Source of the DNA: a bacterium
GTDB taxonomy: Bacteria; JAMCPX01
Assembly: GCA_037439545.1 (NCBI GenBank)
Contig: JBBIVV010000001.1
Coordinates: forward strand, 1-64,000
DNA length: 64,000 nt
Direction of reading: 5' to 3'
Shown: positions 57,990 to 64,000 of the stretch, in pieces
Layout of the letters: the number at the start of each line of letters is the position of its first letter
Numbering within the stretch: position 1 is the first letter of the stretch
The notes under the pieces: model-generated
Database searches by the model: none
The model's input: only the letters and a program-made list of their open reading frames with translations
Told to the model about the DNA's origin: nothing
Translations under genes and position numbers: made by a program

Positions 57990-59354
57990 CTATTTTATCG
58001 TTGCGATAACACTCTGTGTTGCCGGAGAGATTACATAAATGGAATTGGTGAGTATGTCCGTGATGTAAGCCTGGTTCGTTATTTGATCCATAATGACATT
58101 TTCCGGAAACCCGATTCCCGTCAGTATCTTGATATTCTGAGCCGCTATCGTATTGAACGTGAACATATCATTGTTGTTCAGCGCTGTTGTGCCCGGGTTT
58201 ATATAAAATGATACCCCATCGTTTATACTGTCAAAAAATGTCCCGTTACGTGCAGGGTTTGCCTGCAGTCCTGAAACAGTCCCCGCGACAGTATAATTTT
58301 TTGCACCTGAATTATAAACGACTGTCCATATCTCGGATTGTGTCGTGCAATCATTGGTAATAATGGATTGTATTGAGGATGCCAAGGAAGCAGGAATGGA
58401 GCTTGTGAGCCTAAGTCCCGTGAATGAGCTTGGTGTCAAAGGTATATTGCACCCGTGGTCGATATTCAAGAAATGTATGTATCCATTCGCATTGGCAACA
58501 ATCCCGAGATATGAAAAATGATCGTCATCGAGCGCTACTCTCTGCGGTGTGATGGTGAAATCATAAGGTATGCCCGGCACAGTGAATTCATAACCCGTAA
58601 TGCCGTTTTCTGTGTTTATAGATTCGAAGTTGTAGCCTGTAGAAGTATATACCATCGCATAAAGCATGGTATTCGCATACTGATTGACAATGCCGCCGAT
58701 AACGGAAACGGGATAATCCGTAACAATCCTCTTAATCTCTATAAGGGTGTACGGATCCAACACGGATATGAACGGCTGATCATTAGATGAAACAAACAGT
58801 TCACGGTTGTCAGGCCCTGTTATCATCGATGACGGAGTAAACGTTAAACTGGTGAATGTCGACGGCGTTATGACATTGCTGACGGTAAATGATTCGAGAT
58901 AAAAATTGTCATTCTGTGCATCAAGGACGAATAGCGTCGAAGTCTGGGGAATGAGCAGTGTTTTCAGCGGATAGCCTCTCAGATATATGGTGCTCGTCGT
59001 CTGGTTTGTCAGAAGGTTCAATGATTCAAGCAAACCCGCAGCTTGCGTGAATCCCGCAACATAGAGATAACTGTCGTTATATGCGAGTGATTTTGGATAC
59101 ATATTCATCTGCAGCGCATGGGTTCCTGCCGGGGTCGTAATCGGCATGACGCTGTTTGTCGCTGTGTTTATTTCCGATATGGTACCGGTAAATGTGTTTG
59201 CGACAAAGAGTGTTCTTGTATTCGATAAAGGCAGATAACCGAGGGTCATTGCAGACGGATAGGTAAAGTTGGTTTGGGTCGATGATGTCGAACTGCATGC
59301 AGAAACCATGAGCAGGAGAATAAAAGACAGGGATGCCTGAATAATCTTTTTCAT
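57990..59354 (-). CDS. YncE/YVTN-like beta-propeller lipoprotein (paralog 2)
   Basis: Lipobox VSAC; FVANTFTGTISEINTATN and YITD..TNSIYVISPATQSVIATI blades. Confidence 0.7.
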   Translation of the reverse strand: MKKIIQASLSFILLLMVSACSSTSSTQTNFTYPSAMTLGYLPLSNTRTLFVANTFTGTISEINTATNSVMPITTPAGTHALQMNMYPKSLAYNDSYLYVAGFTQAAGLLESLNLLTNQTTSTIYLRGYPLKTLLIPQTSTLFVLDAQNDNFYLESFTVSNVITPSTFTSLTFTPSSMITGPDNRELFVSSNDQPFISVLDPYTLIEIKRIVTDYPVSVIGGIVNQYANTMLYAMVYTSTGYNFESINTENGITGYEFTVPGIPYDFTITPQRVALDDDHFSYLGIVANANGYIHFLNIDHGCNIPLTPSSFTGLRLTSSIPASLASSIQSIITNDCTTQSEIWTVVYNSGAKNYTVAGTVSGLQANPARNGTFFDSINDGVSFYINPGTTALNNNDMFTFNTIAAQNIKILTGIGFPENVIMDQITNQAYITDILTNSIYVISPATQSVIATIK

Positions 59355-60751
59355 TTTAATGTGCCCACAATAGTAAAATTGGTCAGATCTATAACGTCAA
59401 GATTGTTGTCCCCATAATTCAACTCGTAAAGATAGTGCTGATCCGGAGATAGAACCATTGAAAATGGACCTTGCCCGACACTGATTCTTCCTATCACTGA
59501 TTCCGTATTGGTATCGATGACGTAGATTGTATTGGAGTTATAGCATGCTACATAAAGCGTAGAGCCGTCAGCGCTGAGCGCCATGGCCTCTGGAGATTTG
59601 CCGACTTTAATGTAGTTTTCAACCGTATTGCTGCCGGTAGCGATGACAACGACGCTGTCCAGCCCCTTATAACTGACGAAAACTTTTCTCATGTCCGGCG
59701 TCATGACGATGCCTTTCGTCACAGGAGTAGCAGTGCCTATACCTGCACCGGGAAGGTTCGGTATGTTTATCAAACCGCTCGATGCGGTCGTATAAAAAGT
59801 AAAGCTTTCTCCGGATACGAACGGATAAACCGGATCGTAGATCGTGAAGCCGGCATCACCGTTATCCGATGTATAAGGTATGCCTGCACGCGCATGTGCT
59901 TTCATAGGTCCTGAAACAGAACCGTTTACTAAAAAATCGGATGTTGCCGGTGTAAAACTTAATGTCCATTCCTCTGATTTGGTCTGACAATTTTGTGTTT
60001 GCACGGACGACATAGTCTCAGTCCTGCCATAGGTATTTGTGTTGAATACGGGCAGGGTAGCAGAGCTTGGAAACATCGGATTGAACTCGCAATGATTATT
60101 TATCGAAACAACGGATATGTTGTTGTCAGCGCCTCTTGCTATATATGCATACATGTCCGGAGGTTGATTATTAATAACAACCGGTGACGGTGTAACGACA
60201 GCATTTAAAGGGGATGCCCCCAAACCATTATTTGTCAATTGGATTCTGTAGAGCTCCTTCTGCTGTATCGAAGAAATTATGGATACGTCATTTCCCGAGA
60301 GATTACATGAAAGCATCAACTGATCCCCGTCTACGCTGCCTATCGGTACCACTGCCGTGGGGTTTTGATCGACCTGTATACCCGATGTTATCGTATTTAT
60401 TGCAGTATCAAAAATTAAAATTCTGCTGTTTGATCTGTCTGTAAGCCAGAGGAGTCCTGTCGATGAAAGGTATGCACCGGCAATGTACGATATGTCCGAT
60501 CCTTTATAGCGCATCGGTGCAACATTGGAATAAGAAGGTTGAGTGGGCGATGACAGCGAAATCATGGATATATAGCTTGAACAATATCTCGCATCAGCAT
60601 TGCTGTTTAGAACATAAAGAAAGTTGTCCTGCTTCATAATCATAGACACAGGTCCATCCATGGAATTTAAAGGCGGAGGTGTGCATTTTGGCGTATAGAC
60701 ACAGCCCCCGGAAAACACCGCTAAAAATGTCATTATAATTACATTTTTCAT
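59351..60751 (-). CDS. YncE/YVTN-like beta-propeller lipoprotein (paralog 1)
   Basis: ATG overlaps the yidC stop (TGATG); lipobox SGGC; IKVGKSP..ALSADG..LYVA..SNTIYVIDT repeats. Confidence 0.8.
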   Translation of the reverse strand: MKNVIIMTFLAVFSGGCVYTPKCTPPPLNSMDGPVSMIMKQDNFLYVLNSNADARYCSSYISMISLSSPTQPSYSNVAPMRYKGSDISYIAGAYLSSTGLLWLTDRSNSRILIFDTAINTITSGIQVDQNPTAVVPIGSVDGDQLMLSCNLSGNDVSIISSIQQKELYRIQLTNNGLGASPLNAVVTPSPVVINNQPPDMYAYIARGADNNISVVSINNHCEFNPMFPSSATLPVFNTNTYGRTETMSSVQTQNCQTKSEEWTLSFTPATSDFLVNGSVSGPMKAHARAGIPYTSDNGDAGFTIYDPVYPFVSGESFTFYTTASSGLINIPNLPGAGIGTATPVTKGIVMTPDMRKVFVSYKGLDSVVVIATGSNTVENYIKVGKSPEAMALSADGSTLYVACYNSNTIYVIDTNTESVIGRISVGQGPFSMVLSPDQHYLYELNYGDNNLDVIDLTNFTIVGTLK

Positions 60752-62454
60752 CAATATTTTTTTAAAATGTAATACTGCTGTCCTATGCTGAATAAATTGT
60801 TTACAGTCCAGTAGAGGGCAAGCCCTGATGGGAATGACCATAGGATTACGGTCAGGAATATAGGCATGAACCACAGCATGAGCTTTGTTTGTGTAGGGTC
60901 AGCCGTAGTTGGGGTAAGCAATTGCTGCGCAAACATGGTTATGCCCATAATCAGCGGTAATACATGTATACCCACTGCAAAGTTCATAAGATGTATCGTT
61001 CCAATAGTGTCGGGAGAAGCCAGATCCTTTATCCACCACATAAAAGGCGCATGCCTTAACTCTATCGCCGCTAATAAGACCTCGTAGAGCGCTATAAAAA
61101 CAGGTATTTGAAGGAGCATGGGCAGGCAGCCGCCTAAAGGGTTGACCTTGTAGCTTCTATACAGGTTTGTCGTCTCCCTGTACAACCGTTCTTTGTCATC
61201 CTTGTATTTCTCTTTGATCTCATTGATCTTCGGTGCCAGCTTCTGCATCTGACGCATTGATTTGTAACTAATCTGACCGAGGGGAAATAGCAGGATCTTT
61301 ATGAGGAGTGTCATAAGAACTATTGCCCAGCCGTAATTGCCGGTAAATCTATTGGTGAATCTGAGAACAAAGAAGAGCGGTTTTGCAATTATATTTGCCC
61401 ACCCGAAATAAAGCGCTCTATTTAAATCAGAGCCGGCGCTGTTCAGCACATCTATTGCCTTTGGACCCAGGAATACGGTATAAACCTTTTTTTCTGTCGT
61501 ACGGGGCCCGATGGTTACAGGGTTATAAATATAGGTCAACAGCATGGGAGTTAAATTGTTATCGGTGGTATTTGTTTTTGTGGCATAAAGATGGGCGGCA
61601 GTGGACTCACCGGGCAGCACTGTCTGGATAAAATATCTATTTTCAAGCCCGAACCATTGAATGAATCCGTCGTACGATTTTGACAGGTTGAGGGATTTTG
61701 TCTCTATGGTTTCTCTGCTATCGTTTATCAATACAATCCCGTCTGCAATGTCATATTTTGAGCCGAGTTCCCCGGACAATCCACTCCAATTTACCCCGAG
61801 CCTTTCGGTCACGGATTTATTTGAACGGTTATCGAGTGAAATCTCGACTGTAGCGGTGTAAGAATTGCCGTAGAATGTTACGGTCTTCTTTATTCCAACA
61901 AGCGAATCATTGTACGCACAGATTATCCGGGCATCGTCTTCCTTATTTTTGATTGTAACGGTAAACCCTGTTACACGTTCATTTTTTCCCGAGGTCTTTT
62001 CTCTTGCTGAAGAATCTTTTAACGGGGTAAGGTCTGAGCACGTGTAGATTATGTTTGCCGGTACTGAAAAACTTGAACCATCAAAGCTCTCCCACATGGG
62101 GTAAGAGATATCGGGCGCATTACGGATAATATCGACAGAGGGACTATCTTTCTCAAGTTCTGTCTTATAATTTTTTAGATACCAATGCATTATCGTAAGA
62201 TTGTTTGTCGACAGCTCTGCGTCATAGAAGGGGGTGTTTATATGTATGGTTTTTGCATTGGCAGATTGTTTTTCTTTGTAGGACGGGCTAAAGTTCAGCT
62301 CCCCGGCCATTTTTTGCTGAGACATTTGTTGCCCGGATGTTTGCTGCCCCGCAGGCTGGACATTTGGTTTCTTCTGTACAGGTACGACGAACCATTGATA
62401 TAATACCAATACAAGAAAAGACAGGACTATTGCTATGAGTGTTCTGTTTTCCAT
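60751..62454 (-). CDS. yidC: Membrane protein insertase YidC
   Basis: GNYGWAI..T..IKILLFPL, NPLGGCLPMLLQIPVF, ELRHAPF.WWIKDL, PSGLALYW. Confidence 0.95.
   Translation of the reverse strand: MENRTLIAIVLSFLVLVLYQWFVVPVQKKPNVQPAGQQTSGQQMSQQKMAGELNFSPSYKEKQSANAKTIHINTPFYDAELSTNNLTIMHWYLKNYKTELEKDSPSVDIIRNAPDISYPMWESFDGSSFSVPANIIYTCSDLTPLKDSSAREKTSGKNERVTGFTVTIKNKEDDARIICAYNDSLVGIKKTVTFYGNSYTATVEISLDNRSNKSVTERLGVNWSGLSGELGSKYDIADGIVLINDSRETIETKSLNLSKSYDGFIQWFGLENRYFIQTVLPGESTAAHLYATKTNTTDNNLTPMLLTYIYNPVTIGPRTTEKKVYTVFLGPKAIDVLNSAGSDLNRALYFGWANIIAKPLFFVLRFTNRFTGNYGWAIVLMTLLIKILLFPLGQISYKSMRQMQKLAPKINEIKEKYKDDKERLYRETTNLYRSYKVNPLGGCLPMLLQIPVFIALYEVLLAAIELRHAPFMWWIKDLASPDTIGTIHLMNFAVGIHVLPLIMGITMFAQQLLTPTTADPTQTKLMLWFMPIFLTVILWSFPSGLALYWTVNNLFSIGQQYYILKKY
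61961..62030. mobile_element. Small palindromic element inserted in frame in yidC
   Basis: Ends gtaaaccctgtta / taacggggtaa are inverted; ggtaa repeats 66 bp apart; a related end gtaaaccccgttag occurs at 22959. Confidence 0.55.
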
Positions 62455-62456
62455 GA

Positions 62457-62711
62457 TTATGGTACCTGGTCATCCCCGCCGGCGTGGAATGGATGACATT
62501 TCAGTATCCTTTTTGCCGACAGGAATCCGCCTTTAAAGATCCCATACCTGTTTATCGCAATAATTGAGTACTCAGAACATGTCGGATTGAATCTGCATGT
62601 CGCACCGAGCAGCGGTGAAATGAAGATCCTGTAAAGCTTAATGATATTGATTGCAAATATATCTGCAGCAGTCATGGTTTTTTGTTTTATAGTATATATT
62701 ATTTTGATCAT
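62457..62711 (-). CDS. yidD: Membrane protein insertion efficiency factor YidD
   Basis: YRIFISPL...[10 protein letters not shown]...[13 protein letters not shown]. Confidence 0.95.
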   Translation of the reverse strand: MIKIIYTIKQKTMTAADIFAINIIKLYRIFISPLLGATCRFNPTCSEYSIIAINRYGIFKGGFLSAKRILKCHPFHAGGDDQVP

Positions 62712-62726
62712 GTCACGGATCTTTTA

Positions 62727-63044
62727 TTAAATCTTCGTCACGTTTAACAACTCGTCTCTTACCTGTTCGTAGGAGATAGTGCCGATATTGTTCTTGGCTA
62801 TAAAGATAAAATCAACTTTCTGCATCATAGTTTTATTTAACCTAAAGAATGCCCTGAGTAATCTTTTAATCCTGTTCCGTTTTACAGCATTTCCGGCTTT
62901 TTTGCTCACTATAATCCCGAACCTTAGAATATTCAACGTGTTTGCATGTACCAATATTATAAAATGACGGGATTCTCTTTTATAGCTGCTGCGTTTTAGT
63001 GTCTGATAATCCCTGGATGAAACAATCTTTTCCTGCCGGGACAG
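62727..63044 (-). CDS. rnpA: Ribonuclease P protein component (probable non-canonical CTG start)
   Basis: RFGIIVSKKAGNAVKRNRIKR motif; the frame extends upstream as LSRQEKIVSSRDYQ with no ATG/GTG/TTG. Confidence 0.85.
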   Translation of the reverse strand: MSRQEKIVSSRDYQTLKRSSYKRESRHFIILVHANTLNILRFGIIVSKKAGNAVKRNRIKRLLRAFFRLNKTMMQKVDFIFIAKNNIGTISYEQVRDELLNVTKI

Positions 63045-63055
63045 GCCGCAGCTCC

Positions 63056-63211
63056 TTAGAATGGCTTGCCACCGATATCCACGGTCAAACGATGCCTGCC
63101 TTTCGATCTTCTTCTGCTTAAAACAGCTCTGCCTGTTTTGGTTTCCATACGTGACAGAAAACCATGAGTCCTCGACCTTTTAACGTTATGTGGTTGATAT
63201 GTCCTTTTCAT
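63056..63211 (-). CDS. rpmH: 50S ribosomal protein L34
   Basis: Manual translation [51 protein letters not shown]; below the ORF-track size cutoff. Confidence 0.97.
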   Translation of the reverse strand: MKRTYQPHNVKRSRTHGFLSRMETKTGRAVLSRRRSKGRHRLTVDIGGKPF

Positions 63212-63401
63212 TTTTTCTCCAAATAGAATTTAGTATAATCTTGATTTAAAAAACACATAGAAACCTTATTGTCAAGCAACTATACCGGAGTGACTGAAAA
63301 AATGAATCAAGAAACGGAGGCATGGTTCATGAAAATATCCCTCTTGACCAATAGATAAGATTACTATATATTAAATAACATTAAATAAAAAAAATAAATA
63401 T

Positions 63402-64000
63402 ATGCAACAACATAAACTTTTAATAGTTACGTGGCTGTCGGATATTACGAACAGCATTCATCAGATACTGAAAAACAACGAATATGTGTTTGACAGCGCT
63501 TCTACCCCGATTGAGGCTATGAATGCAATCGGGAAATATGCCTATAAGGTCATAGTGATTGACAGCTTATTGCCGGGAGTGAATGGTTATCAATTGGTGA
63601 AACGTCTCAGGAATACACCTCATGCGGAAAATACAAAATTCATTGTTTTCATGAACAATTTACCTCACGACAAACATGAAGATGTGAGCAAACGCTGGGG
63701 TATATATGCTTTGTTGAAGAAACCTGTGAAATCCGATGAAATGATGCTCATACTGAAGAAAGCAGAGGCTTATGACCTGCCAAGCGAAAAATTAGAGATG
63801 CATTCTTCTGAATCAACCGAGGCAATGCTGGCAGAGCTTGCCAGTGTTCTATGGACTGGCAAAACGACATGTTATGGCAAGGGCGGTATTATAAAGGAGA
63901 TTTACTGGGACAGCGGTAATCCTGTTTTTGCAATAAGTAATGATGAGGACGAAAGACTTGATAAATGGCTTTTAAAAACACAGCAAGTGACTGAGGGCGT
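63402..64000 (+). CDS. Response-regulator receiver domain protein with DUF4388/PATAN-like domain (partial, runs off window)
   Basis: Manual translation: VIVIDSLLPGVNGYQLVKRLR...LLKKPV, then WTGK...KEIYWDSGNPVFAISNDEDERLDKWL; open to window end. Confidence 0.75.
   Translation, partial: MQQHKLLIVTWLSDITNSIHQILKNNEYVFDSASTPIEAMNAIGKYAYKVIVIDSLLPGVNGYQLVKRLRNTPHAENTKFIVFMNNLPHDKHEDVSKRWGIYALLKKPVKSDEMMLILKKAEAYDLPSEKLEMHSSESTEAMLAELASVLWTGKTTCYGKGGIIKEIYWDSGNPVFAISNDEDERLDKWLLKTQQVTEG

Noticed and set aside
60752..60874. Upstream start of the 59351-60874 ORF
   Set aside because: It overlaps yidC; the signal peptide and lipobox begin at the ATG at 60751.
63212..63401. oriC next to rpmH
   Set aside because: AT-rich, but no clear TTATCCACA DnaA boxes and no dnaA.

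Overview
Bacterial chromosomal window of moderate GC. Gene content (FHA-GGDEF, PilT, MshEN, two-subunit pyruvate carboxylase, tol-pal with two Pal proteins) suggests a diderm 'deltaproteobacterial-type' lineage; this is inference only. It is mostly core genes: ispB-type synthase, gyrA, tRNA-Met, pncB-fbp-ALDH, suhB, tol-pal-cpoB, tsaD, rsmA, pycAB, plsY, pilT and rpmH-rnpA-yidD-yidC. The first 8.8 kb is accessory: a large Ig/IPT-Sel1 protein, an AAA-DUF4143 ATPase, a YfhO-type GT-C protein, a ~170 bp direct duplication carrying a 90 bp IS200/IS605-type mini element, a nested MITE and a RAYT remnant. The main highlights are: (1) a di-heme MauG/CcP-family enzyme next to a Cyc2-type cytochrome-porin, behind a promoter overlapped by a PerR/Fur-like box; (2) a nucleotidyltransferase / HprK-related kinase / radical SAM / secreted-protein operon; (3) an MshEN/GxxExxY-like fusion upstream of pilT and an HD-GYP gene; (4) two paralogous beta-propeller lipoproteins translationally coupled to yidC; (5) several genes collapsed to N+C termini by internal deletions; (6) an in-frame palindromic insertion in yidC; (7) an rnpA with no canonical start codon. 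All calls come from motif recognition by eye; no database searches were run.
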